This document shows, piece after piece, positions 51,084 to 63,400 of a stretch of DNA of 64,000 bases. Source of the stretch: Mobula hypostoma (taxonomy: Eukaryota); assembly GCF_963921235.1 (NCBI RefSeq), contig NC_086097.1, positions 65,846,001 to 65,910,000 of the forward strand, read 5' to 3'. A model generated the notes under the pieces. That model was not told the origin of the DNA. It made no database searches and saw only the letters and a program-made list of their open reading frames with translations. Positions within the stretch are counted from its first letter, which is position 1. Each line of letters opens with the position of its first letter. The translations under genes and the position numbers were made by a program.

Positions 51084-52091
51084 AAGGAAGAGTGAGTAAG
51101 GGATTTGAAAGCTGGAGGGGGAGGGGGAGATGCAAAATGATAGGAGAAGACAGGAGGGGGAGGGATAGAGCCGAGAGCTGGACAGGTGATAGGCAAAAGG
51201 GGATACGAGAGGATCATGGGACAGGAGGCCTAGGGAGAAAGACGGGGGGGGGGGTGACCCAGAGGATGGGCAAGAGGTATATTCAGAGGGACAGAGGGAG
51301 AAAAAGGAGAGTGAGAGAAAGAATGTGTGCATAAAAATGAGTAACAGCTGGGGTACGAGGGGGAGGTGGGGCCTAGCGGAAGTTAGAGAAGTCAATGTTC
51401 ATGCCATCAGGTTGGAGGCTACCCAGACGGAATATAAGGTGTTGTTCCTCCAACCTGAGTGTGGCTTCATCTTTACAGTAGAGGAGGCCGTGGATAGACA
51501 TGTCAGAATGGGAATGGGATGTGGAATTAAAATGTGTGGCCACTGGGAGATCCTGCTTTCTCTGGCGGACAGAGCGTAGATGTTCAGCAAAGCGGTCTCC
51601 CTCTGTCCGCCAGAGAAAGCAGGATCTCCCAGTGGCCACACATTTTAATTCCACATCCCATTCCCATTCTGACATGTCTATCCACGGCCTCCTCTACTGT
51701 AAAGATGAAGCCACACTCAGGTTGGAGGAACAACACCTTATATTCCGTCTGGGTAGCCTCCAACCTGATGGCATGAACATTGACTTTTCTAACTTCCGCT
51801 AGGCCCCACCTCCCCCTCGTACCCCAGCTGTTACTCCTTTTTATGCACACATTCTTTCTCTCACTCTCCTTTTTCTCCCTCTGTCCCTCTGAATATACCT
51901 CTTGCCCATCCTCTGGGACACCCCCCCCCCCGTCTTTCTCCCTAGGCCTCCTGTCCCATGATCCTCTCGTATCCCCTTTTGCCTATCACCTGTCCAGCTC
52001 TCGGCTCTATCCCTCCCCCTCCTGTCTTCTCCTATCATTTTGCATCTCCCCCTCCCCCTCCAGCTTTCAAATCCCTTACTCACTCTTCCTT

Positions 52092-52133
52092 CAGTTAGTC
52101 CTGACGAAGGGTCTTGGCCTGAAACGTCGACTG
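52092..52133 (+). ncRNA. Minimal hammerhead ribozyme
   Basis: Same as 1884-1925 with one C>T in the stem II loop; core intact. Confidence 0.85.
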
Positions 52134-52554
52134 CGCCTCTTCCTATAGATGCTGCTTGGCCTGCTGCGTTCACCAGCAACTTTGATGTATGTTGCTTGAA
52201 TTTCCAGCATCTGCAGAATTCCTGTTGTTCACTTCAAATTTTATTTTTATTCTTATTATATTCTTATTTTCACCATGGATGTCCAGTCCCTATATACTTC
52301 TATCCTCCATCAAGAAGGCCTTAAAACTCTCCACTTCTTTCTCAATAAAATAACCAACCAATTCCTCTCTATCACCACCCTCCTCAGTCTGACAGACTGA
52401 TCCTCTCCTCAGCAACATTTCCTTCGGCTCTTCTTACTTTCTCCAGGGTCCTAGATATGCCAGCCTCTTCGTTTGCTATGTACAACAGTCCATGTTCCAA
52501 GCTTTCCTCAGAAATACCCCCCAACTTTGCCTTCAACTTCCACCCTGCCCTTAA

Positions 52555-53092
52555 TTGTACTACGGAGAGCATTCTGTCTGGCTGCATCACCGTCTGGTAT
52601 GGGGGGGTGGGGGGGACCATTGCACAAGATCGAAATAAGTTGCAGAAACTTGTTAAATAAGTTAACTCTATCATGGGTACCACCCTGTGTAGTATACAAG
52701 ACACCTTCAAGGAGTGGTGCCTTAAGAAGCTGGTGTCCACCATCTGCTTCACCCAGGATATGCCTTCTTCGCAACGTTACTGTCGGGAAGGAGGTACAGA
52801 AGCTTGAAGGCACACACTCAGCGATTTAGGAACAGCTATTTCCCCTCTGCCATCCAATTTCTAAATAGACATTGAACCCATGAACACTACTTTACTACTT
52901 TTTTATTTCTGTTATTTTGCAGTTCTTATTTTAACTTAACTATTTAATAGACATATATCTGTATGTAATGTAACTTAATGTAACTCAATTTTTTCTCTAT
53001 ATTTATTTATCATGTATTTCATTGTACTGCTGCTGTAAAATTAACAAATTTCACAACTTTTGCCAGTGATATTAAATCTGATTCTGATTCTG
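52555..53092 (+). mobile_element. Rex1/Babar-like LINE 3' fragment inside the old PLE
   Basis: CTTESILSGCITVWYG, with an (attctg)n tail. PLE sequence resumes on both sides. Confidence 0.75.
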
Positions 53093-54310
53093 AATTTCAC
53101 TTGGTCCATTTGTGACATCTCCCTCTTCTTTCTTGATTTCTCTGTCTCCATTTCTGGAGAAAAACTGTTGACCGACATCTTTTATAAACATACTGATTCT
53201 CATGGTTATCTTGGCTATACCTTCTCCCACCCTATCTCCTGTAAAAATGCTAATCCCTTTTCTCAGTTTCTTCGCCTCCACGGCATCTGTTCCCAGGACG
53301 CGGCTTTCCATTCCAGGACATCAGAAGGGTTTTCCTCCCTCCACTATTGATGCTGCCTTCACCCACATCTCCTGCATTTCCCGAACATCTGCACTCGCTC
53401 ATCTTCCCGCTGCCTTAACAGCGACAGAGTTCCTCTTGTCCTTACCCCATCAGTGTCCGCATCCAACACATCATCTTTCGCCACGTCCAAAAGGATCCTA
53501 CCACTAAACATATCTTTACCTCCTCCTTCTCTCTCTGCTTTCCACAGTGATTGCTCCCACCGTGATTCCCTTGTCCATTCATCCCTCCCCATTAATCTCC
53601 ATTCTGGCACTTATCCCTGCAAGTGGCCAAAGTGCTACACATGCCCATTCACCTCCTCCCTCACTTCCATTCAGGGCCCCAAACAATCCTTCCAGGTGAG
53701 GCAACACTTTACCCGCAAGGCTGCTGGGGTGGTCTATTGTGTCCAGTGGTCTCAATGCAGCCTCCTGTACGTTGGTGAGACCCATCGTAAATTGGGGGAA
53801 CATTTCATTGAGCACCAAAAACAGAACTTCCCAGTGGCCAAACATTTTAATTCCGATTCCCATTCTCATTCCTAAATGTTGGTCCATGGCCTCCTCTCTT
53901 GTCCTAAGAGGAGGCCACCCTCAGGGTGGAGGAGCAACACCTTTTATTCCATTTGGGTTGCCTCCAATCTGATGGCATGAATATTAATTTCTTCTTCCGG
54001 TAAAAAAATAATTCCATCTCCTTCCCCTTTTCTTCTATTCCTCAGTCTGGCCCCTCTTACCTCTTCTCACCTGCCTATCATCTTCCCCAGGCCCCCTCTA
54101 CCTTTCCATTCTCCTCTGGTCCTCTCTCATCTCTTATCAGATTCCTTTCTCTCCATCCCTTTATCTTTTCAACCCACCTATAGCTTCACCTATCATCTTA
54201 TAGCTATCCTCCTTCCCCTCCCCCCACCTTTTTATTCTGGCTTCTTCCCCCTTCCTTTTCAGTCCTGAAACAGGGTGTCCCCTGAAACGTCAACTGTTTA
54301 TTGATTTCTG

Positions 54311-54655
54311 TAAGATATAGGCACAGAATTAGGCCATTTAGCCCATCAAGTCTGCTCCACTATTTCATTATGCTGATCTATTTTTCCTCCCAATCTCCTG
54401 CCTTCTCCCTGTATCCTTTCATGCCCTGACCAATCAAGAATCTATCAACTTCTGCCTTAAATGTACATAAAGTCGTAGCCTGTGGAAATGAATTCTGTAG
54501 ATTCACCATTTTCTAACTGAAGAAATTTGCCCTCATCTCCATTCTAAAAGGACACTAGGACACTATTCTGAGGCTGTGTCCCCTGGCCCTAGACTCTCCC
54601 ACCCTAGGAAATATCTGCTCCACATCCACTCTATCAGGCTTTTTGACATTTGATT
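54311..54655 (-). mobile_element. CR1 3' fragment inside the old PLE 3' region
   Basis: DRVDVEQIFPRVGESRARGHSLRI on the minus strand. Confidence 0.75.
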
Positions 54656-57582
54656 TATTTCCATAGATGCTGACTGACCTGCTGAGTTCCTCCAGCATTT
54701 TGTGTGAGTTGCTTTGGATCTCGAGTATCTGCACACTCTCTTCTATGTACAAGTATTTATTTAGCACTTTTAACACAACAAAACATTCTTTACAGGAAAT
54801 TTGAATCAGAACTGTATATGGCAATACTAGGCACTTGAACAAGACTGTCAGAGAAAGGTTGAAAGATCAATCTCAAAAAAACAAATAGTAAAAAAGATTT
54901 AGGAGCACTTGTTGGTAATAGGAAGGAAAGAGATTTGAGAGAAAGTGATGCAAGTCCATGGAAATTTGAAAATAATTATGGCTACTTAATCTGGAAGGTC
55001 AATGAGTACAGGAATGAGGGATGAATGCAATTAGGTGTAGGTTAGAAAATAGCAGTAGTTTTAGATGGTAGAGTTTAAGGAGCATGAGTGGCCAGCATGA
55101 TTACTTTGTAATTTTAATTACAGCAAGGGCACAGAAATGAGCTTCAAGACCAAATGATCTTTTGCTTTTGTGGAGATGGACTTTCACGATGTTGGACTCT
55201 AAATGTGTGGCCAGAACTTATTTCAAGGTCTAATATGACGCAGTGATTCTGAACATCACTTGTGAATAAAAGAATGGAGCTGATGGCTATGGCAAATATT
55301 TGTGGCCAGGACCAGAGCAAAAAACTTTGGTATTTCCAATATTTATGAGGGGAAAATATATGCTTATTCTGAATTTTACTCCAAAGCTAGTGGTTTCTTC
55401 AAGAGAGGTAATGATGAAATGAAGCTGAATATTATCGGTATTCATAAGGACACTGGTGTATTTTCAGATGATGTCAGTGAAGAGTTGCATGAAAATGAGA
55501 AATAAGAAGAGGTTAAAGATATTTTTCCAAGACTGCCAGGGTACTGATCAGTTTTGTTACCCCAAAAATAGGCATTTATTATGTGACTCTATAGTAAAAC
55601 CATAACACACTTGGATTTTCAGGTTTAGCAGAGGCATAAAGAAAATTCATAGAAGCACAGAAAGCTAACTTGTATTCACCAGACTCCAAGTATTCCAAGC
55701 AAGCTAATTCCGATATAAGCATCACACTTGTAACAGATTTCAAGTTGAATATAAGTTGCTAATGTTTTCGTATCCTATGGCTCACCGTGGCTTCTCACAG
55801 ATTCCTGCATTAAAAAAATGCAGAGCTATGAGTGAGTTATTCTGGTGTTTATTGTAATACACGATTGATTGTAATACTGTCAAAAGGGTTTTATCTGTTT
55901 ATTTTTTCTCTACCCTGCATAAGTGTATTCTCAAGTGCTCCTGGATTCTCTTTTGAATTGCTAGTAGATTTTGAGGTCAATCTGGTTAAGCAAAATAAAA
56001 TTACTTCTTAAAGCTACTGCCTCAAACCTATTATAATAAACATTGTACTTGCATTCTCACCTCTACAGCTGTCAGTTCAATTTATGATTGGTTGATGTTT
56101 GTGATGGCACATTTAATTGGAATCAGTGACCCTTATACTATAATTCTCCTGAGTCCCTTCTTCCAAATTAATGCTGCCGCTCTGTCGAAAAACTGATATT
56201 TGTTTGCTGCATACTGGTCTTTTTAGTACTGTCCTGGGTCCAGATTTATGCTATAAATTTTATTCAGTGGTGTGCACGATAGTTCCATTTTTGCAATTGC
56301 ATTTTCATAGGAACATGCATTTTTTGTTTTAAAAAAGGATGCAAAGGAAAACTGAAAAAGCTGAGTACAGTACTTTTTGAATAACTTTATTCATTATATG
56401 TACATCAAAACATCAAAGCTTTCAGTGAAATGCATCGTTTGCACAATGAAGATTGTGTTGCACAGCTCACAAGTGTTGCCGTGCTTCTGGTACCAACATA
56501 GCATGCCCACAACTCACCAGATCTAACTGCATAGTCTTTGGACTATGGGAGGAAACCAGAGGAAATGGAAGAAACCTATCTTGCACTACGCTACTGCCAC
56601 AAAACAATAAAATTTAATGATGCAGGTCAGTGATAATAAACCTGATTCTGATTCAGTAGCTTGAGTCTGCATTCTGAGAAGTTCTTGGTTAGGCATCTCA
56701 GTCCAGACTAGATGAGAGAAAGCAAACTGTGAGAGCCAGTGTCAGAGCAGGGAGAGAAATGAGAATCAGGATCATTCTGTGCAGAAACTCAGCTCTGTTT
56801 CACATCTTTTCCAGTTATGTAATAATACTACTTTCAGAACAACACTGCAATTCCTAGTGTGATCTGATTAAGGCTCTATACATCTTTCACAAACAGTAAC
56901 AACTTTGTTTTTCTGATCTATTCACAGAGAGATAAAGCACACAAATGGGCCTTTCACCTCAACAAGTCCACATCATGTCAACCAGTCATTTTACAATAAT
57001 CCTATGCTTAATAACATTTTTATTGCCTCTCTGTTCTATTCAACTTTCCCCAGGTTCTTTTACTCACCAAGATACTATGGGAAATTTACAGTGGCTAATT
57101 AATCTACCAACTGACACATTTGGAACATGACAGGAAATCAGAACATCCAAGGTCAGAATAGAACTCAAATCTCCAAGACAGCAGCTAAACGGGGTTATTG
57201 AAGCATTGGAAAAGTAGAAGCAGTTTGGATCAGGTGAACCCCTTGAGTATGAGGAATGCAGGAAATCAGTAGGGTAAAAAGACGACATGAGATATTTTAG
57301 CCAGATAAAATAAAGGAGATTCTTAAAGAGATTCTATAAGTATTCTAAGAACAATAGTGTAACCTGAGGGAAAGTAGTTCCTACTTAAGGATTGGTGTGA
57401 TCATCTATGTGTGAAACCATAGGAAATGGGTGAGGTCTTAAATGAATCCTTCTTATCTGTATTTACCATGGAAAAGGTCATGGATGCTTGGTAATTCAGG
57501 GGTAAGGACAGTGCTGACTTAAAACATATTACTGAACAGAAGGTGTTGGGAGTCTTGATATCTATAACTATAAAGATAGATA

Positions 57583-57817
57583 TGTTGTGTATTTAATGTT
57601 TTAGTAATATTGCAAATATATTGTTTGATTAAGTTTTTGTGTTCATTTAATTAATTCATTATGGGTTAAATGTAAAAATATATGATTTGCATACGTCATG
57701 ATGTTACCAGATACTTATGCACCACACTTAAAGTAAAAATGAAGTACACAACTTATCTCCTGACTCGCTTGTTTTCCTTTCAATTAGTTTAATGTTTTGG
57801 AGTTACAAAATGTAACA
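57583..57817 (+). repeat. 5' LTR
   Basis: Diverged direct repeat of 60200-60425. Confidence 0.88.
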
Positions 57818-58078
57818 ATGGTTATAAGGCATTTTTAAAATAAACCCGAAAAACTACCTACTGTTGTAGCATGGTGAGGCATTTGGGTAAAAAAAAGAGC
57901 GTATGGAGACATTCAAATAAAAAAAAGCATGGCGAGCCATTGGAATTTTAAAATGCAGTGCAGAACGTGTTCTTTGTAAGGGAAGACACAATTGAGTAAA
58001 AAGAAAGCTAGAAAATGGAAGAATTCATGGGTTCGTCAACAGTGAGCATTGGGTGATAATAATAAAAAAAGAGTAGAA

Positions 58079-59310
58079 ATGGCTGGCTACATCAAAAAGA
58101 TAGACATATTCAATTGCTCATTGGATTACTGGGCTCATGTTTACTGAAGTAAATGAACGGTATTTTGAAGGAAATGAAATAACCATTGAGAAACAATTAC
58201 CAATTTTACTGAGTGCATTGGGTTTAAAGACATGCAGTTTGCTTAGAAATTTGACTGCTCCAACCAAACCACCCAAAATTAGTTTTGCTGATATCATGAA
58301 AGTAATGCAGGAACATTTAGAATCAAAATCATTATTGATTGCAGAACGCTTTTGGTTTTATAAGTGGAATCAAAAGGAAGGGAGGCCATTTCAGTATACT
58401 TGGTTGAATCGAAGAAGCTTTCTGAGCATATTCAGTTCAGTGATGGACTTAATAATGCACTGACAGATCGTTTAGTTTGTAGAATCTTACAACAAAGCAT
58501 TCAAAAATGCTTCCTTGCCAAAGCACAACTTATGCTTAAAAGAGCAGTTGAAATAGCTGTATCAATGGAAATAGCAAACAGAGATGCAATTGAATGGCAG
58601 CCAGGACTGACAGTAAGCATGAACAAACTTGCAGCGTCTAGATGGAGGCCTGCCTGGCCGAACAAATTGTGTTACCGTTGTGGCAAGGGCTCACATATAC
58701 CAGGCCAACGCAGATTTAAAGGCAAAACTTGCAGAAATGCAACAAAGTAGGGCACGTACAAAGAGGATGTTGGGCAGACAAAAATAAATGGACTGCACTG
58801 GGAAGAGAAAAAGTCAAGATGCAGTTTCAAAATGAGTGCTAGTCAGCATGCTGTTGATAAAAGATCAGATAATGATGAAAGTAATACAGGACTGGCTAGC
58901 CTTGAGGTTTACAGTATAAACACTAACAATAGAGAAACAAAATGACTTACACCAGAAGTGAACAGTAAATTAATTGAAATGGAATTGGACGCTGGCTCGG
59001 CTGCTTCAGTCATTACCCAAAATGAACTTAAATGGCATTTCAAAGATACTGAACCGAAGCCTGTAGGTATCTTACTAAGAATTTATACTGGAGAAAAGAT
59101 AGCTCCTGTGGGAATGACATTTGTAACAAAGAAATACAACAACCAACAAGCCACTTTGGGGTTGTATGTGGTAAAAACAGGAGGGCCAGCATTGTGTGGA
59201 CATGAGTGGCTGAGACAACTACAACTTGATTGGAGATCCATCCACCATTTGCATGCCACATCTCCTGCAATGGAGTTAATTGAGAAAGGTACTGGATGAT
59301 GCCACAACTG
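58079..59310 (+). pseudogene. Gypsy gag (two zinc knuckles) and aspartic protease remnant
   Basis: LLRNLTAPTKP, LIAERF, LTDRLVC, CYRCGKGSH, MELDAGSAAS, GGPALCGHEWL. Confidence 0.88.
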
Positions 59311-59357
59311 TTTCCATGGTGTACACCATGAACCATTACCTAACAGAGGGCAAACAG

Positions 59358-59895
59358 CTGTTTGTACCAGCCTCTGTGCCTCTGGTTGGAAAGTTTGAAA
59401 GCATATTGGACCAAGGAAGGACCATGCTGCTCAGAGGAAGCATGAAAGTGATGAAAGCAGTGGTCTGACTACAACTTGTTTTTGTAGGTAATATAACTGC
59501 GTTGCTTGCGAAATGTGGCTTGCTTATAAGCTGGAAGACAGTTCAAGGAGCTTCAGCAAAGTGGCAAGCATTTGGCTTTTATGAGTATAAATAACTGGAT
59601 TCTACTTTGCGTGCATTACAGTTATTGCATGAACTTCAAATGGGAGAGAAAAAGGTCCTTGTAAAAGTACATGCAAAGACCAAAGCCTAGCTGGGTGAAT
59701 GGAAGACCAAAAAGAAAGGAATCAATGAAGATACAAAAACAAGATTTATCAGATGACGTTGTAGATGAGAAAACCAAGAGGAAAGACAGGTCATTAAGGA
59801 AGCAATTGAAGGATTAATAAAAGAATACAGTGAACTAAATGCACCTTTCCAGGATCAAGATGCACAAACCAGAAGAAGAAAAAAGGAGAAGAAAG
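59358..59895 (+). pseudogene. RBM25: Intronless RBM25 fragment (RRM region) inside the LTR element
   Basis: Translates, with stops and frameshifts, to VGK..KHIGPRKDH...TTTVFVGNI..LLAKCGLLISWKTVQGASAKWQAFGFYEYK*LDSTLRALQLLHELQMGEKKVLVKVHAKTKA*LGEWKTKKK...QVIKEAIEGLIKEYSELNAP...RRRKKEKK. This is collinear with vertebrate RBM25 as recalled. Confidence 0.88.
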
Positions 59896-60199
59896 GTGTC
59901 CAGAGCTGTCAAAACCACTTCTTACAGTCTTAGAGTCAACTCCTACAACCGCCACGGAGGAGGCCCCACAACCTGAGATTGTTTTCAGTTACAAGTCTCA
60001 CCTATCAAGTAGTGACGTCCCTTGTCAGGAAAGACATTATCCCACAAGAGTAAGAAATCCTCCACAGCGATTAAATATTTAGGCCGGAATAGAAAAACTT
60101 AACATTTACTATGCTTTTGATGTCCATATATAGTGCTGTAATAAATAGTTGAGATGCATTCTCTATTGGGCTAAAAGTTTATAGCTAAGCAGGGAGGAG

Positions 60200-60425
60200 T
60201 GTTGTGTATTTAATATTTCAGTAGTATTTGAGTGATATTGTAAATATATTGTTTGATTAAGCATTCTTGTTCATTTAAATAATTCATCTTGGATTATATG
60301 TAAAAATACTTGAATTGCATTCGTCATCATACTACCCCATAATACGCCTTGCTTACAGTAAGAACAAAGTACTTGACTAATCTTCCTTTCAATTAGCTTT
60401 TGTTTTGGAGACACAAAACGTAACA
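60200..60425 (+). repeat. 3' LTR
   Basis: Follows the PPT, ends taaca, then the TSD. Confidence 0.88.
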
Positions 60426-62111
60426 AGATAAATCCCCATGGCTTGACTAATTGTCTCCTGGGACCCTATGGGAACCAAAGGAAGAAATTACAAGGGCCCT
60501 GACAAAAACTTCTGTATTTTCCTTAGCCACAAGTGAGAAACCAGAAAACTGGAGAGCAGCTAATGCGTACAAGTACAGAGTTCCCTGAGAGGAGTATTTA
60601 TTTAAGAGGGGCTGCGAGGTCATATCAGGAAACTACAGGCTTTTGAGCCTTACATCAGTGATAGTTTCCATGGCTTTGTATGTGGAAAATCATGTCTCAC
60701 AGATTGAATTGAGTTTTCTTTTAGAGCTGACCAAGAGGATTAACAAGGGCCATCCAGTTGTGTACCTGGGATCCAGCAAGGCCTTTGACAAGGTTGGCTG
60801 GTCTATCAAATGCAACCACATGGGATTCAGGGTGACCTAGCCAACTGGATACATAAATGGTTTGGTACAAGTCAGGGTGGTAGTCAGGGTTTGTCTCTCA
60901 GATTGGAGACCTGTGGCTAATGGTGTACTAGATCTCCTTTAAAGTTTCTTTGCGGCTCACACCAACATTTGTGGTGTGGTAAATAGTGTAGAACAGTGAC
61001 TTAAGTTACAGCAGGTTCAAGATCAACCTTGAATGTTGGCACAGGAATAGCAGTAGGAATGTAAATTGGACTAGTGTAATGTGATGCATTTTGGGAGGTT
61101 AAATCAGAACAGTTGATACACAGTGAATGACAGAGTCCTGAGAAGCGCTGTAGAAGAGACCTATCTCTGGGTACAAGTACATTGTTCCTTGAGAGTGTTC
61201 AGTGACATAGTTAGACAAGATGGTGAAGAATGCTGATGGCATGCTTGTCTCTACAGACAGAGTATTGAATATAAGAGTTAGGATGTTGTGATACAGCTGT
61301 ACAAGATGGTGATGAGATCTCACCTGGAATACTGTGTGCAGTTCTGGTCGCCAGACCATTGGAAGGATGTAATTAAGCTAAAGAGGGTGCAGAAAAGTTT
61401 CACAAGTATGTTGCAGGGACTAGAGAGTTCAAGTTATATAGAGAGACTGGATAGGCTGGGAATGTTTTTGCTGAGGAGTGATCTTATAGAGTTTTAGAAA
61501 ATCATGTGGGAATAGATAAGGTAGATGGTCATAGTCTTTTCCCCAGGTAATGGGCAATAGTTAAACTGAGAAGAGAAAGATTTGAAAGGAATCTCAGGGA
61601 GCGTGTTTTTTCAGATCTCTGCCAAATTCATCTGCTGCAAGATCATAAATGGCAAAGTTTGTCAGCAAGAGGCCAGTTTAGAGCAGAGTAATAGTTTAGT
61701 TGGACCTAATTATATCTAAACGAAGTAAATTAAGAAATGATTATGTCAATGTACAGTCAAGAGTCCCAAAGAAGGGAACTGATGAGAAAGGGGTAGCCAG
61801 CAGTTTTCAATGAAATTTTTAAGATGTGAACATGATCTTGTCCAGTTTATTAATATCACTTTATAAACCCATATAAATGAAAGCATTCAATTACAACATC
61901 ACCTATCTTTGTGTATTTGGCAAATTTGAATCTGTAGGTTGCTATCCCACCATCCAAGTTAGTATGAATAGTGAATAGTCGTAGCCCCAAAACACATCCT
62001 TTCAGGTTGTTGCTGATTACATCTTGCAAAATCCATATAGACTGTAACTGATTTGCTGAAAATTTTCAAGGTACTCAGTCACTCTATCCTGAATCATCCA
62101 TCCAAATATTT

Positions 62112-62480
62112 CAGAATCAAAAGAATCAGGTTTATTATCACTGGCATGTGACATGAAATTTGTTAACTTAGCAGCAGCAGTTCAATGCAATACATAATCT
62201 AGCAGAGAGAGAGAAAAAAATAATAAATTAACAAGTAAATCAATTACATATATTGAATAGATATTTTAAAATGAGCAAAAACAGAAATACTGTATATTAA
62301 AAAAAGTGAGGTAGTGTCCAAAGATTCAATGTCCATTTAGGAATTGGATGGCAGAGGGGAAGAAGCTGCTCCTGAATCACTGAGTGTGTGCCTTCAGGCT
62401 TCTGTTGCTCCTACCTGATGGAGAAAAGGGCTTGCCCTGGGTGCTGGACGCTGCCTTTGTGAGACACTGCTCCCTGAAGG
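62112..62480 (-). mobile_element. Rex1/Babar-like LINE 3' fragment
   Basis: Antisense match to the 3' region of 52750-53090, with a cagaat-type tail. Confidence 0.6.
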
Positions 62481-63009
62481 TGGCCACTTACTCGACAGTT
62501 GGCCTTAGTATAGCAGACCTTTAATTCCCAGACTGAGGAAGTAGTTAAAATAATTATAGCTATGCTCAGTCAACTTACTTTTAAACCCTGGGATTAATGC
62601 TTCCTGGTCCTGAGGATTCATCATTTTTAAGTATCATCATTTTGTTTGTTAATCTTGCACATCATTCGTCCCATTACAATTTTTTTGTGGACGTCTATGA
62701 TTCTTTTCTCATCCTCTTCTGTAAATATTAATGTAAAGTTGTCAACAAATTTTCATAGTTTATTTTATAATATTCTTATCCTTTCTACTAAGATGGAATG
62801 TAAAATAGGTTAGGTTGCAATCAAGAGATTGTTTCTCACACCATGGGTTCTGTGACTGTAGAAATTCAGATTCATTGTGCATGGTGAAAGCAGAGACCAT
62901 TTCAAACCATGTTTGGTGAAAGAAATTAGAAAGCTTGCATTTAAATAACCCTTTTTCAGACCTATGCACATTGCTAAGCACTCAAAAACCTATTGTTTAT
63001 TTTCATATA

Positions 63010-63400
63010 ATCATTGTTCTAATATCACAATATGAATGGTTAGGCCTTGGATAGTGGGACATTATGCTTGCACAAGACATTGGTGAGACTGCACTTGGAG
63101 TATTCTGTGTGCAGTTTTGGTCACCCTGCTATATGAAAGAAGTTATTAAATTGGAAAAATTTCAAAGAAGACTTATGAGGATGCTTCCAGGACATGAGGC
63201 TTGAGTTATAGGAAGAGGTTGGGCTGGTAGGAGCTTGAGGGGGTGACTCAACAATGGTACAGTATATAAAATCATTAAAAGCTTAGATAGGGTCAACAAA
63301 TACAGTCTTTTTTTATTCCTAAGGAAGGTAAGAGGTTAAGAGGTGAAAGATTTACAAGAGACCAGGAAGCAACTTTTTCATTCAGAGAGTGGTTTATATC
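63010..63400 (+). mobile_element. Degraded CR1 3' fragment
   Basis: ttggtgagactgcacttggagta (LVRLHLEY) and downstream CR1 motifs. Confidence 0.7.

Larger units (their letters stand above)
50979..52229. mobile_element. Young palindromic PLE insertion (596-bp inverted arms, 26-bp spacer, 33-bp tail)
   Basis: 50979-51574 is the reverse complement of 51601-52196, with about 5 mismatches. TSD tcacttcaaatttta at 50965-50979 and 52229-52243. Confidence 0.95.
50540..54745 (+). mobile_element. Old PLE fragmented by three later insertions
   Basis: KGDAIVVWCTDLY, KIHKPDCPGRPIVSAC, FTMDVQSLYTS, PFSQFLRL, LYVGET in order, with a degenerate hammerhead at ~54260-54297. Confidence 0.85.
57583..60425 (+). 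mobile_element. Gypsy (Mag-like) LTR element lacking RT/RNaseH/IN and carrying a host gene fragment
   Basis: LTRs tgttgtgtat...taaca, 5-bp TSD agata (57578-57582, 60426-60430), PPT aagcagggaggag, gag and protease remnants. Confidence 0.92.
57190..61610 (+). mobile_element. Degraded CR1 split by the Gypsy element
   Basis: ataaagatagata|aatcccc reads IKIDKSP across the insertion. SKAFDKV and HLEYCVQFWSP follow downstream. Confidence 0.8.

Noticed and set aside
51373..51802. Two mirror-image 100-aa ORFs on opposite strands
   Set aside because: They are a by-product of the palindrome: an antisense frame runs through the spacer into the GIY-YIG C-terminus. Not genes.
8525..54297. Hammerheads in old PLE copies (~8540, ~9955, ~46710, ~54280) as active ribozymes
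   Set aside because: The CUGAnGA and/or GAAA core is mutated in each.
59358..59895. RBM25-like sequence as a functional host exon
   Set aside because: It has in-frame stops, frameshifts and a ~10-codon deletion in the RRM, and it lies between two LTRs.
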